The notes below the pieces were generated by a model. It worked only from the letters and a program-made list of their open reading frames with translations. It ran no database searches and had not been told where the DNA came from. Position numbers and translations under genes: made by a program. This document shows positions 29,696 through 53,715 of a DNA stretch of 64,000 nucleotides, in pieces (the stretch's first letter is position 1; the number at the start of each line of letters is the position of its first letter). The stretch is taken from assembly GCA_012295275.1 (NCBI GenBank), contig CM022671.1, forward strand, positions 36,456,001 to 36,520,000, read 5' to 3'. This stretch comes from Chrysomallon squamiferum. Lineage: Eukaryota; Animalia; Mollusca.

Positions 29696-32600
29696 AGGCA
29701 TAAGCAATATATATACTACGTACGTATGTATGTACATACATGCCTATTATATACATACGCGCAAACGTACCTATAGAAAAACAGACAGACAAAAAGGCAC
29801 TAAAATTTTAAAAGGTCATATTTATGTTAATTTCAACAGAAAGCCCGGATGAAGGAATTGTAATGCTAGGGACACTGAAACTAACTATTGGAGCGATCAT
29901 CGGCATCGTGATTGGCATCATCGCCCTCATCGTCATAGCCATACTGCTGGGCTGGTGCTACAAAACGGGCAAACTCAACTACTACGCTGGCCGAACTATA
30001 GTAGAAGAAGAAGAAAAACACGCTGATGACGGCACAGTTAACAACGGAGTTAACAACGCTGTCTTTACCGAAAAATCATCCTCGTTTGGATCTGGCTTGC
30101 AATACCAGAACGAGGCTTTGTGGAATACCGTGACCGGGTCACAAAGTAATAACAGGAAGCTGGGGAGGAATTTCTGGCAGAGCGATACCAGTAACGGGTT
30201 CGCCAAAACGAATTATCGTAACGAGAACGCGAGATACGAAAACGAGAAGACTGCCACCGAAAAACAGAGACTTCAGAGTGAAACCGAGAACCACGATTAT
30301 GAAAAGTATGAGAACAAAAACCAAGTAGTGTATGAAAACAAGGCTGTGCGACTTGATGTCAATCAAACCGGCTCAGCTGCTGCCACGTGGAGCAAGGAGG
30401 AGGGGGAAACGAAGGAGACGGGTTTGAACAGGAACGACGCGAACAGGTCCAGTCGTCAAAAGCAAAGTCTGGCTCAGTCAGGAGACACCCAGGAGAATGT
30501 CAGTTCTTTCAAGAGAGACGAAGGAGTGCGTGGTAGCAGGGGTAGTCGACGAAGTACTGGAAGCGGAGAGTACAAAACAAGCGGTAAGGAGGAGGAGGAG
30601 GAGAAGGAGGGGGAATAAAAAGGCCTCCATCCGGACTGTTTGAGAACCCGGACGAGGAAGGCTACCTGTACGACTACGATCACGTGAAGTCACTGTCGGA
30701 CGAGAACATTGACCCGGCGAAGCGTGGGGAGCCTCACAGCTACGACGCGTTCGTGCGCGACGCTCCTGGCGGGACGCGGCTCCGATCGAGCGACAGGGAC
30801 AGCCTCAGAGGAAGCAAACGAGAGAAGCTGCTGCCGTCGTCGTCGTCGTCTCCTACAAACAAAAAGCGTTCCGGCGTGACGGCTGACGTGCAGACCCCGG
30901 AGCTGGGTACACAGGATCTCGAGTCTCAGCAGATGAAGAGATATCTGTCCATCGATTTGAAGAGTGAGCCAGAGTCCGATCAGATGTCTAACCCCAACGT
31001 TGTCAACGCCGCTGTAAGAGCAAACGTCCCAGACAAAGCCGAGTCTCCGGCCGCTAAGAAGAGGAAGAAGAAAGGAGGCAAACACGGCAGACAGGCGAGC
31101 GGAGGCACTGAGCGAGATTTACCACCTGAAGCGTCTGAACCAGTTTTCACAACCCCGGTGTCTTCTGACCCGTATCAGCCAGCAAGCGTGCCGTACGGAC
31201 CGTATGGAACTCCCGGTTACGGCAATAACATGTATCCGGCCAACCAGCAGTTTATGCCGTTCGGAATGATTCCAATGGCAGCATTCGGTCCAAACCAGGG
31301 TCAGACGATCGCCTTCGCTTACCAGACTTTGGCTCCACCTGGACAGGCGCAGGGACAGGCGCAGCAGGTGGCTGGCCAGGCAGCGTGGGTGGTTCAGTCA
31401 ACCCCGGGGGACGAGGGACCAGTGAATAAAACAACTTTCATGATGAAAATGCAAGAACAGACAACTCCGAGTGAGTCGTCCAGTAGAGTCAGAGACCCGA
31501 GCCACCCGGGAACACCCGCTTTTACATCCACCCCGGGCACCGACTTGACTCCTCGTAGAACATCAAAATTCGCCAAGCAGAGACCGGCAGACCCCGCTGA
31601 CATTTCTGTGATTGCTGCCGGAGCTGTGCCTCCTGACCCCGGGCCAGGTCATAGGTCGGCGGTCATGAAATCCGGGATCGATCCTCAGACCGGTATGCAG
31701 ACGACGCAGGTCACGTGGACAGACAACATTGTGGACCCTAGCGACCCCCCCGGCCCGAACCCTCAAATAACAAGAAAAACTATTACAAGAGTGACCGCTC
31801 GGAGTGGGCAGGGCGATCTTCCTGAGGCGTCATCCACCAGTAAGTGCATCTGACTTTCTTTAACACATCCACCCAAATACATACACATACATAGATACAT
31901 GTACACCCAAATACATACATCCAAATACATACACCCAAATACATACACCCAAATACATACACATACACCCAAATACATACACATGCACCAAATACATACA
32001 CATACACCCAAATACATACATCCAAATACATACACCCAAATACATACACATACACCAAATACATACACATACACCCAAATACATAGATACATGTACACCC
32101 AAATACATACATCCAAATACATACATCCAAATACATACACATACACCCAAATACATACATCCAAATACATACACATACACCCAAATACATACACATACAC
32201 CAAATACATACACATACACCCAAATACATACATCCAAATACATACACATACATAGATACATGTACACCCAAATACATACATCCAAATACATACACCCAAA
32301 TACATACACATACAAAGATACATACACATACATAGATACATACACATACAAAGATACATACACATACAAAGATACATGTACACCCAAATACATACACATA
32401 CATAAATACATGTACACCCAAATACATACACATACATACATATATACAAATACACACTCGTACATACATACATACATACATACATTACATACATACATAC
32501 ATAAATACATAATATACAAATACCTGTGTGTGTGCGTGCGTGTGTGTGTGTATGTGCGTGTGTGTATGTGCGTATACATCTATATCAGTGGTAAATGGTT

Positions 32601-32834
32601 TCTTTTCCAGTTCTAAACCAGCTTTCAGCACCAGAATCAGACGAGCCCGCTTTTCTCTCGCCGTCCGCCATTCGTCAAGAACATCGTGCGCCGAGACCAA
32701 TGACAGAGCAGCAGACGCACGACATTGACAACATCGGCTTCTATCTCGGTCAGCACAACCCCGTGGTCCACGACGCGCCGGGACAGCATCGTGCTTTCCG
32801 TAACCAGATCCGAATGGACGAAACGGAGACGTAA
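28133..32834 (+). CDS. Gene C: distant relative of A/B (signal peptide, CUB-like ectodomain, single TM, very long disordered tail), ~894 aa if a 1-nt deficit near 30610 is corrected
   Basis: Exons 28133-28211 (MEFSLTWWYVLLVVLGVCRWASS), 28843-29090, 29307-29439, 29840-31839 and 32611-32834, with the same 1/0/1 phase plan and similar exon sizes as A/B. Ectodomain: C..; EC.V.L; DC.V.L....G; C.......STGNQIT. TM: IGAIIGIVIGIIALIVIAILLGW. Two long ORFs overlap out of frame at 30588-30618. Confidence 0.75.
28405..28790. repeat. Degenerate ~60-70-bp tandem repeat in gene C intron 1 carrying TGACGT(CA) motifs
   Basis: Recurring AATTATAGAAAATTAATTACTTTGTTATAATGACGTCAGTGATAA; the full TGACGTCA palindrome occurs at ~28500 and ~28571. 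Confidence 0.6.
31865..32575. repeat. Compound CCAAATACATACAC / (CATA)n repeat in the last intron of gene C
   Basis: Low-complexity repeat between donor 31840 and acceptor 32610. Confidence 0.9.
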
Positions 32835-33189
32835 AATCGTGTTGTCAGTGAACTGCTCAGCGCTTCTTCTAATCGCCTGGACGAACGAAGGAAATGAGGG
32901 TTTTTTCATTATTTCCATAAATGACGTTTCCAAGTGCCTACTTTAACGTGAAAAACAATGGAATACATTTTGTATATTTTTATCATTCCGCTTCTACTCA
33001 TTGTTTATCTGCCATGATTTTGTTACCTCTTAATTTTAATCACGTTTTAGTTTGTTATTTTAAAACTTACTGTATCGAAGTGATACGTCATCCTCACAGA
33101 GCAAATGACGCAGATGAATGTAAAACTTTGTCATGATTACATTTGCACTTTACATTCTTAAGTCATTTTTATTTATTTGCTTATTTACT

Positions 33190-33226
<37 letters not shown>

Positions 33227-34617
33227 TATTAACTTAGTTACTTGATTATTTATTTAGTTACTTATTTTATTATTTATTTATATTATTTATTGTTGGTTTG
33301 TAGGACAAATTTTTTAATACAACATTGTTATCCAAATCCCAATGCAGATGATAGATTTCCAAAGTGCTACACGGAAACCAAATAAAACCAGAAATGTTGT
33401 CATATTTACTTGTCATTCCTTTTAATCTTCTTATTTTAAAATTTTTATAAAATTATTTTAAAACTTCGAAAATATCGAAAAATACATACTCGTAGCGGTG
33501 TACTATTTCAGAATACTGCTACTGACTAATTATAGTGGTGAAAACAGAATTGTTGAATTATTTTAATTTTATAATTTGTTACTATTGTGTACAATTATTA
33601 AAGCTTTTTGGCAGTTAAATGTTTGTAAGAGAGATTAAACATACACACTTTGTTGAAGTACATACAACTGTGTTTCTTCTGTTTATCGATAATAGAATAC
33701 AAATATAATGATTAATAAACTCTGATTTTATTAAGGTAAGAACAAGTGACAATTTAAATATATGTTCATTATAATAGTATTCTTCTTCTTTTTTTTTTCT
33801 TCTTCTTCGTCGTCTTCTTCTTCTTATTATTATTACCAGAAAGCAAAATTATAATTAAATATGTTACTTGAAACAGCCATCATAATTTTTATTTTTTGTT
33901 TTACTTTTCGTATATTTTAAAACGTAACTTAATAAAAGATTCGATCACAAACCGACACAGATGTGTGTTTATTTACAGTTTTCAAGTATTTCTAGAGGTT
34001 TATAAAAAAACAGCGTTTATTATGGGAGAAAATAGTCTTGATTATTAAAAAATACAGTATAAATAATCGTGTATTAATTTTTAATATTTTCCTTTCTGTC
34101 TCATACTAGTTTGTAAATAATTTTGAAAATAATTGTTAAATGAGAAATTGTGGCTGACAGTAAATTATAGATAAACAAATAAATGTTTTGTTTTTGAGCT
34201 GTATAGTTTTGAATGATTGTATCCAGTAGTTTAGCAATGTATATAATAACAATAGTTGTTATATAATCTTGTATTATATAGGCTACAGTAGTTTAACAAT
34301 GTACACATTAACAATAATTGTTATAAAATTTTGTGTTATATAATTTACAGTAGCTTCACTATTAACAATAATTGTTATATAATCTTGTGTTATCTACAAT
34401 TGTTTAACCATTTTTACAGAAATGATTGTTATGTAATGTTGTGTTTTACGACAAGGATCTGAACATTTCTTGTATGTATCTGTATGTATGTGTATATAAG
34501 TGTACGTATATATGTATGTATGTATGTGTATGTGTGTGTCTGTGTGCATGTGTATTATATATAATATATATGTATGTATGAATGTTTATTTTGTATATAT
34601 GTATATGTATGTGTGTA

Positions 34618-34652
<35 letters not shown>

Positions 34653-35426
34653 TGGTAAAGGGATGCGATTTAAAGTTAATTAATTACTTGATGTTTTGTA
34701 AAACAAAATGAAATTGTTTACTGTTAACATTCTAATTAGTTTACATAATTAGCATTTTACTCTTTTTATTTTACTTACTTTTACAACTGCACAAATCAAA
34801 CTGTTATATAAACGCATGTATTTAATTTTGAAGTTTTTGTTTATTTATTTATTTATTATAAAAAAGTGTAAGGAGAAGACGAAAACACAAGATTAAAATG
34901 TGTATTCATTTATTCACGTTTTAACTGAACAGAAGTTACAAAATGTCAAACTTTATTAATATCCTTTCTTTTCTTCCTTTCATCTTTTAAAAATGTTTTT
35001 GTTTCTTCTGTTGCTACTGCTACAAAAAAACTATTACTATTACTATTGCGACTGTAACTACTCTTCCTGTTGTTACTGCTGCTACCACTATTACTACTCT
35101 TATTACTACTACTGAAAATATTACTTATGTTGCTACTACTATACTATTACTACAATCATATTCATACTACTGCAACTACTGTTTCTATTACTATTACTGT
35201 CACTTTTATTATTATTATTATTATTATTTTTGTTTTTGTTTTATAACAGTCTTCAGATATTCGTTTGGATTTATTTTCTTAGTTTTGTACAAATCATAAT
35301 AAACTGAATAATAGGTGAATAAAATTCACAATATTTCACAAATGTGTTTTTGTTTTTATTGTTGTGTCACTGTAACTTAGTTTTTAGGGTCGAAGGATAG
35401 ATATCTTAATACCTTCTGTTGGATTA

Positions 35427-35522
<96 letters not shown>

Positions 35523-35625
35523 AACGGTTAATGTTATATAAACTAAATTAGTAGAAATCCGTTATTGTTTTTCTTTTGTTTTGTTATAGCAAAGTAGAAA
35601 TCATTCTGCTGTCTTTTTATGTGAG

Positions 35626-45222
<9,597 letters not shown>

Positions 45223-45359
45223 AACACGCGACCGTGTTTATTATAATCAGCAGTATTCTCACTAGTCTAGTGTCTGTGTTTTCTAAACAACTATGCAAAT
45301 CCCCTCTGCAATTAATTTTTATTTCACTAACATTCACCAAACTAGCAAAAAATTCATGA

Positions 45360-45670
45360 CTGAAAATATTTTAAAATATTCTAACATAAACATTTCTGTA
45401 ATGAAAATTAATGAAAATGTTTTAATGTGTTCTAAAAAACATTTTTATGACGTTAATTAATGCAAATGTTTTTATGTGTTTTAACGTAAACATTTTTGTA
45501 AAGGAAATTAATGCAAACGTTTGAGAGTGTTGTAACATGAACGTTTTTGTAAAGGAAATTAATGCAAATGTTTTAATGTGCTCTAACAAACATCTTGATG
45601 ACGTTAATTAATACAAATGTTTTAGTGTGTTCTAACGTAAACATTTTTGTAAAGGAAATTAATGCAATTA
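45360..45670. repeat. ~50-bp tandem repeat 3' of gene E (homolog at ~54790-55030 after gene F)
   Basis: Recurring TTCTAAC.TAAACATTTTTGTAAAGGAAATTAATGCAAATGTTTT. Confidence 0.75.
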
Positions 45671-46094
45671 TTCTGTATCTGTAAGTAGCCGGTGAATTTT
45701 TGAATAGAAAATAGAAATTTACATTTTTATCTATGACAAGGTAGAGAATAACTTTGTATAGAATGACCTACACAAACAAACGAAAACATTATACGTTATC
45801 CTTATCATTTTACTTTCTTTTCGCTTCTTCTTCTTCTTTTCTTCTTCTTATTATTATTAATTTTAATTCTGCATAATTTCTATTATAAATGTAGACATCA
45901 GAATTCTAAACATGAATAAAAATTGTAGATATAGGTTTGAATGTTTTATATCATTAAAAATGTCTGACTTTTAACATTTTTAATGTGTAATTATGATTAT
46001 TATTCTTAGTACTGTTGCTGTTGCTGTTAGTAATATTATGATATTTATGTGTATTTATTATTATTATTATTATTATTAATATTATTATTATTAA

Positions 46095-46161
<67 letters not shown>

Positions 46162-47243
46162 GAACTTATGATGCTGTGAAAGAAGTTTTCTGAATAATTT
46201 TTCTATACTGCTACTTTTGTGGCTGGCTGTCACACTTTTCTAATAATAAAGTGAAATGTAGATATCACAAAATGTAACTCATATTGCCTGTGTAGTCGTG
46301 ACGTCATTACATAGAGAAGAATCCATTTTCTTTCTTTATTTATTTATTTACTGTCGAGCGTATTTTTTCGAAATACCTTCAGAAAAAAAAAATAAAAATA
46401 AAAAAATTAACAAAATAAATAAAAGACAAAGAGCAGTGTACAGCAATAGAGTCATATCAAAGACGGTGGATATCCATTTCTACCAATTAGTAAATTAATA
46501 TAACAGACACACCCAGTGTCAGGTAGTGCAGTGATTTCTGAAGCCTCAAACACTCACCTGTCACGACAAAGTGTACCTTTTTTTAGATATTCTCTTCCAA
46601 ATGTCCGTCTGAACTCTTCTCTGCCATAGGATAAGCGGGCTGACTTTTTATCAGACTACCAGTTTTACTTTGCATTGACCCCTTACCCTGATCACTTGGT
46701 AGTCTGAAACAGACATCCAGGCTAAGCACGGTCGCTTGAAAACGTGACATTATTTTAAAACTGCATCCAAACTCCACAGAACTTGTCCGCTGATTCAGTG
46801 ATATCAGAAATTTGAGTACTCTCTTTATCTGTTCAGCATTGCGAGTTTTTCATGAAATGGTATTAGGATGCTGAAACACGACTCTTATTATTTATTTACA
46901 AATATTTGGGCTTTAAAAGGCAGTTTAATTATTATTACAATTTATACATAAAAAAAAAAAAAAAAAAATGATATCATTTACCACTGTTTTATATTTCCCT
47001 ATTTTATAAATTGATTCTAGACAATGTTGAGATTACATATGTGTAAAAATGAATAATTTAAAGTAAATATTTGTAGTTAATAACTGTAGTCCAGCCAATG
47101 AGACAAAATTTCCTGACACGAGGTTTCAGTGTTAAAGAGAGGAAGTCAGTCATCAGAATCACATTTAACAGGAATCCACTCTGTAGTTAAAGAAAGCTAT
47201 ATAATAATAATAATAAGAAGAAGAAGAAGAACAACAACAAGAA

Positions 47244-47279
<36 letters not shown>

Positions 47280-47405
47280 TATATAAATAAATAAATAAAT
47301 GAATTTACACAACTAGATTAACTTTTGGCATACTGTTCAGATCAAATAATAAATATGGAAAGTGAATTAAATGAATCTTAAATTAAAATAAATAGCTATT
47401 GATAT

Positions 47406-47453
<48 letters not shown>

Positions 47454-48910
47454 CATAATACCTGTAATACATTATTAAATATTATATTTTTTTTTTTTTT
47501 TAATTAATTAAATAACTGACTGACTTGTAAGTATAACAAAATAAAATAAAATATAAATACACCGATTTTATTTCATTGTGATTCAATTACCGAGTCCACT
47601 CTAATTCATTACTCCAAATGAAAACGAAATAAGCCGAAACAAGCCGAAGCATGGTGTCTGATAAAACACAAGGGCGTCGGAATGAAAATCTTAACTTTTG
47701 TCTGTTCAAATCTATCACGAATTAACGTAGATGTACGTAATCACGTCCAAGTAGAATGGTATCCAGGCCCGAACATCCGTCTTTTTTGGAGAAAGGTCAC
47801 TAATCATAAAAGTAATTCTCAGCCAGAAAACACTATTTTAAATACGGGAAAAAAGGTCATGGCCAAACAAAATCCCTCAGCTTTCACAAATCACTTGAGA
47901 AATATGATAAGCTCTATCCGTAAAGAAATTCCCCCAAAATAAACTATTTTTTGCAGGAACAAATTTTTCACATAAACTTTCGGCAAATCAAAAATTATGC
48001 CTAAAATTAAATTTCGCAGCTAAATCTTTGAGAGATATAGATAAATTAAGTCAATCTCAGACAACAAGTTTGAAGTAATCCAAGATCTAATCCATTGAAC
48101 TGAAGGAACAGCCAGCAGAATATACTTAAACTCGTTAAATATCTTAAATCTAAACTAAATTCAGGTGAAGGTAAAAATCATTATAATATAGGGTTAGGTA
48201 CAAAATAGGGTTAGGTATATTAAATCAATCTCAGAGAACAGGTTTGAAGTAATCGAAGACCTAATACATTGAACTGAAGGAACAGCCAACAAAATATACT
48301 TAAACTGGTTAAATATCTTAAATTTAAACTAAATTCAGGTGAAGGTAAGAAATATTATAATATAGGGTTATTTACAAACATGATAAATCTAACAGAAATC
48401 TAAAAGCATAACTTTCTAACAACCGCCAAAAAGTCACTTTTGAACCGAATCCTTAATTTTGTTCTCGCACCTCAACACAACATTGGTTTAGAAGCACTTC
48501 TCGATGGAAGTTAAACATTTTTGAATATAAAATGAAATTGGACGGTTACTTCAGAAACTCAAGTCCAGAAAAATTACCCTTCACAGAATTGTCCCGGTTG
48601 GACACCCGTCGTTCCAAGACAGATCCCGAGATCGTTAAAAGTTACAGAAATATGTAAGAAAATGTGAGAAAATTATTCAAATAGTCAAAATATCTCGGTC
48701 TACGCCAGCTTTTCCAAATACGTCGATGACGATCGACCGATTGATCGTCAGAGTAGTGCGGGTGATGAGTAGTGCAACTCACGTAAATCCGAGGACGTCG
48801 GCTAAATACAAAATATGTTACGAGTTAGAACTGTTTGTCACAGATTGTAGACATGAAGTTGACATTCCTGTTAACCAAACACTTTAACCTACCTGGCCAT
48901 ATACTGGAGG

Positions 48911-49351
48911 CAGTGCCGGATTTATTGTGCTAGACGCCCAAAGGCTATAGAAATTTTACCGCCCCCTCTACAAGCCCACGTCACCCTTCCGACTTTGTTT
49001 ATTAAATAATATGAAATATATGATTTTTTTATAACTTATGGAAAAGCGCACAAATTCTTACTGAAAAAGCGCACAACTCAAAAAATGTCAGTAGTTTTAC
49101 AAACTTTCTGTCCAATAGGTATTTATTCTTAGTCATAATAATTTAATTGAATTAGGTCAAAAGAGCCCAATTTTTAACAAACGCAAAACTCGATAATTTA
49201 GTTCACAATCTCCTAAAAAATGCGCCCAATTGTGTGTGAAAGGCGCATAGTTGGGAACACTGGCCAGTAACAAATTTCATAAACTGCCGCCCCTATCATC
49301 CCGCCGCCCTAGGCTCTAGCCTAGAAAGCCTATGTGGGAAATCGGGACTTG
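48911..49351. mobile_element. Non-autonomous DNA element (hAT-type MITE) with 8-bp target-site duplication
   Basis: Direct repeat ACTGGAGG at 48903-48910 and 49352-49359 flanks imperfect terminal inverted repeats CAGTGCCGGATTT...AAATCGGGACTTG. An 8-bp TSD is typical of hAT elements. Confidence 0.7.
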
Positions 49352-50279
49352 ACTGGAGGATCATTTTGAAATAATCCCAATAGAGCAAACGCGCATTCTC
49401 GGTTCCAAAACTTTAGATTCGAACGAGAAGCGTTTTTGATTCGCACATTACAAAGACAAAAACCGTTTGGAATAAATTTTGAATCAGGCAAATGTAAAGA
49501 GAGAGATAAGATAAAAAGTTGCCATTGGTAAAATTACGAAAGAGCAATATTCTAACTTACAGACTACTATGAAAAATCAAATAACAGCTTTGGATAAAAT
49601 TGAAGTCTAAAGGACATTTACAATTTTCGGAATAATATGCCTGATAAAATTATGTTTCGAAAGGAATTACGAATTAATTCAATAAAAGGTACGGAAATGT
49701 TTTAAAATGTTTTCAAACGATATGTTATGTTTTCCGATTTTTTGGAATGTATTTTTCTGAAATGTTTCTTTTTTTTTTTTTTTTTTTACTGACTTCGTGA
49801 AAAGATGTATTCTAAATAGTGTTTTCAAAAGTTTCAAATAGATTACTGACTTGCATTTTTTTCTAGAAGTGTATTTGTGTTAAATGTTATTATATTTTAT
49901 AAATTGATTAGAAAAGATACTACTTTCTAAATAGTTTTTGTAATAGTTTTCAACAGATTTAGTAATGCATTGTTTTGTTCTACAAATGTATTTTTAACCA
50001 TATCTGAACGTTTTTGTTTATAGTTTTAAAAGATTTAAATAAATGTTTTAAAGATGTTATAGAAAAATAATTAATTTATAAACAAAGGACCGAAGCATAG
50101 TGTAATAAATATTACAATGGGGAACTTCAAGTCAGCTCTAATTCCTTGAGATAAAATTAGAAAATAAACATATATATTAGAATACTTAATAACTTTGTTG
50201 TCGTCTTTATTACTGAAACTATCTGACTCCCTGGCAGGCTATTTACACGTTAAGTTGATATCGTGAGCGAACGTTCAAA

Positions 50280-50346
50280 ATGGCCACTGTGTTGATTACT
50301 AAGATATATCAAGAGATGTCTGTTGTTTTCCTAGCTTTGATTACAG
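50280..50346 (+). other. E-type first exon (signal-peptide-like, phase 1) upstream of gene F; possible alternative first exon
   Basis: 67 nt encoding MATVLITKIYQEMSVVFLALIT, followed by donor GTGAGA. Homologous to 43049-43115 and phase-compatible with F exon 2. Confidence 0.65.
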
Positions 50347-51503
50347 GTGAGAAATATTAACTGAACTGTTATATTCTGACTTATGATTAATTTATCACAT
50401 TTACTGATTAAATACCGTTCCCGTAATGCAACTCGTTTTCTAAAAAATAATTTTAACATTTTTTTTTTTTATCTTTCTGGTTCGCACCTTGCTCTTTTTA
50501 TAATCCTAAATGTCTGAAATGAGAAATTTAAACTGTTTTCTCTACACCTGATACCTAACAACCCTTTAATATAAAAAACACAATGTTTGAATAAAGCAAA
50601 ACAACAACAAGAAAAAAACAACGACAAAACAACAGGAACGACAACAAAAACGACAATAATAATACTGTTTCTACTACTAATACTTCTAGTGCCATTACTA
50701 CTATTCCTGCTATTACTACCACTACTGCTACTACTATTATTATTACTGCTGCTGCTACTACTACTATTACTGCTACTACTACTACTAGTGCGAGAACTAC
50801 TACTATCACTACTACTACAGCTACTGCTGTTATTGCAAGTAACTAATATTACTGCTACTAATATTACTATTATTCCTCAAACAACTGCTGCTATTATTAG
50901 TTCAACAGCTACTGCTGCTGCTACTCCTATGACTACTACTACTGTTACTATTACTACTGGTACTGCTGCTGCTACTACTGCTTTTACCACCACTACTGCT
51001 ACTACTATTACTACCACTAATGCTATTGCTGCTGCTACACCCACGATTATTCCTACTGCTACTATTACTATTAGTATTGCTACTACTAGTACTACTACTG
51101 CTACTATTACTACCACTAATGCTATTGCTGCTGCTACTCCCACGACTATTCCTACGAGTACTGCTACTACTGCTACTACAACTATTAGTAATATTAATAA
51201 CAGGTCATTATAACAAAATGAAAGCTACACACTGATGATAATTATTAATATACCTTTTGTATGCACATCAGGTTTACATGCCCTGTCATTGTTAATAATA
51301 TTATTATTATTATTGTTGTTGTTGTTGTTTTTATTATTAGTATTAACTGTGTATAATTTGACGTCTGTACCGCTAGGCTCTCAACGTGCCTATAATAGAA
51401 TAACTGTATTATAATATTCAATGCATACCAGTGTTTCACGCATAACTGCATCGCTTTCAGTGTCATTAAATAGGGTTACCCGGATCCACACGACTCATAC
51501 AAA

Positions 51504-53025
51504 ATGGCGAACACGTACAAAAATATACATTATTTTGTTCTAAAACTTCTTCTTTTGTTTGTTTCCGGTAAGTTTCTTGTTGTTGTTGTTGTTGTTGTTG
51601 TTCTTATTATTGTTGTTGTTACTATTATTGTTGTTGTTGAAGATTTGAAGTAGAGATTCTATAATTGTTGTTGTTGTTGAAGATTTGTTAAGTAGAGATT
51701 GAATTTGTTATATGTATATTGTAGTATGTTTGTTATTTGTAGTTTAGTGACTTTGTTACATGTACTATAGTGACTTTGTTACATGTACTATAGAGACTTT
51801 GTTATATGTACTGTAGAGACTTTGTTATATGTACTATAGTGACGTTGTTGTCTGGACTGTAGTGACTTTGTTATATGTACTGTAGAGACTTTGTTATATG
51901 TACTGTAGTGACTTTGTTATATGTACTATAGAGACTTTGTTATATGTACTATAGTGACTTTGTTATATGTACTGTAGTGACTTTGTTATATGTACTGTAG
52001 TGACTTTGTTATATGTACCGTAGAGACTTTGTTATAAGTACTGTAGTGAGTTTGTTGTATGTACTGTAGTGATTTTGTTATATGTAGTGTAGATATTTTG
52101 TTTATATGTACTATAGTGATTTTGTTATATGTAATGTAGAGACTTTGTAATATATACAGTACTGATTTTGTTATATGTACTGTAGTAACTTTGTAATTCG
52201 TACAGTAGTTACTTTGTTATATGTACTGTTGTGACTTTGTTATATATATTGTAATGAGTTTGATATGTGCACTAAAGTGAGTTTGTTATTTGTACTCTAG
52301 TAGTGACTTTGTTATATGTACTGTAGTGACTTTGTTATATGTACTGTAGTGACTTTGTTATATGTACTGTAGTGATTTTGTTATTATATAGAGACTTTGT
52401 TAGATGTATTGTAGAGACTTTGTTATATGTACTATAGTGACTTTGTTATATGTAATGTAGAGACTTTGTAATATATACAGTACTGATTTTGTTATATGTA
52501 CTGTAGTAACTTTGTAATTCGTACAGTAGTGACTTTGTTATATGTACTGTTGTGACTTTGTTATATATATTGTAATGAGTTTGATATGTGCACTAAAGTG
52601 AGTTTGTTATTTGTACTGTAATGATTTTGTTATATGTACTGTAGTGATTTTGTTATATGTCTTGTAGTGAGTTTGTTATATATACTGTAGTGATTTTGTT
52701 ATATGTATTGTAGTGAGTTTGTTATATGTACTGTAGTGATTTTGTTATATGTACTGTAGTGATTTTGTTATATGCAATGTAGTGATTTTGTTATATGTAC
52801 TGTAGTGATTTTGTTATATTCAATGTATTGAATTTATTATTTGTACTACAGTGACTTGTTTATATGTACTTTATATTTATTATTATTATTATAAATTACA
52901 GAACTGGAGGCTACGATTTGCTATACAGGGAGGTACCTGATAAACTTTTCCATTACGTACTGCAGATATGGTTGCTGTGGTTCCTCCTACGATCAGACAT
53001 GTTGTCCATTCCCGTGAGTATGAGA

Positions 53026-53116
<91 letters not shown>

Positions 53117-53479
53117 CTAATAACAAATTTTCTTTCCTCTCTCTATTTTGTTTTTTAATGCACAGCCTATCTCTTTGTCATCCTATTTTTCTGTGACGTC
53201 TGCATCGCCCTAAGTCTCTCTATCACTCTGTCTCTCTCCCCTTCACGTCTCTTTGTGTCCTTGAATCATTCTCTGTCCTCTTACTTATTAATTTTTGAAC
53301 GTTTTACTATTAACTATTTCTACTGTACCACCAGCACTGCTACTAATAGTACTGCCATTATTCCTATAGGTACCGCTATTGTTATTAGTACTGAAACTAC
53401 TACTACAACTGCTACTTCTGTTGCTGCCACTATTACTGCTACTACTACTACTACTACTACTACTACTAAATACTCTCTC

Positions 53480-53528
<49 letters not shown>

Positions 53529-53644
53529 GCCACTACAATACTGACTACTACTACTACTACTATATATATACAATATATTATAAATAAATAAATAAATATA
53601 TATATACTACTACTACTACAGAGAGAGATAAAGAAGAGAAATAA

Positions 53645-53715
<71 letters not shown>

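Noticed and set aside
30584-30740. An intron (GTAAGG donor at 30584) or canonical -1 ribosomal frameshift explaining the gene C frame break
   Set aside because: No pyrimidine tract or phase-compatible acceptor found nearby (CAG at 30739 needs phase 2, the donor is phase 1), and G GGG GAA is not a canonical X XXY YYZ slippery heptamer.
31763-32616. Overlapping Cys/Val/Met/Tyr-rich ORFs on both strands
   Set aside because: Intronic compound repeat between valid donor 31840 and acceptor 32610 of gene C.
47682-47942. 86-aa ORF repeated at 56794-56985
   Set aside because: The two copies differ in frame and length, have no recognisable motif, and lie in a probable repeat block.
48188-48216. TAGGGTTAGG telomere-like motifs
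   Set aside because: Only one to two units each; too short to call an interstitial telomeric repeat.
50587-51235. Thr/Ala-rich ORF that could be a mucin-like stalk exon for gene F
   Set aside because: ACT/GCT trinucleotide low complexity, no convincing splice sites, and most of it is absent from the G duplicate.
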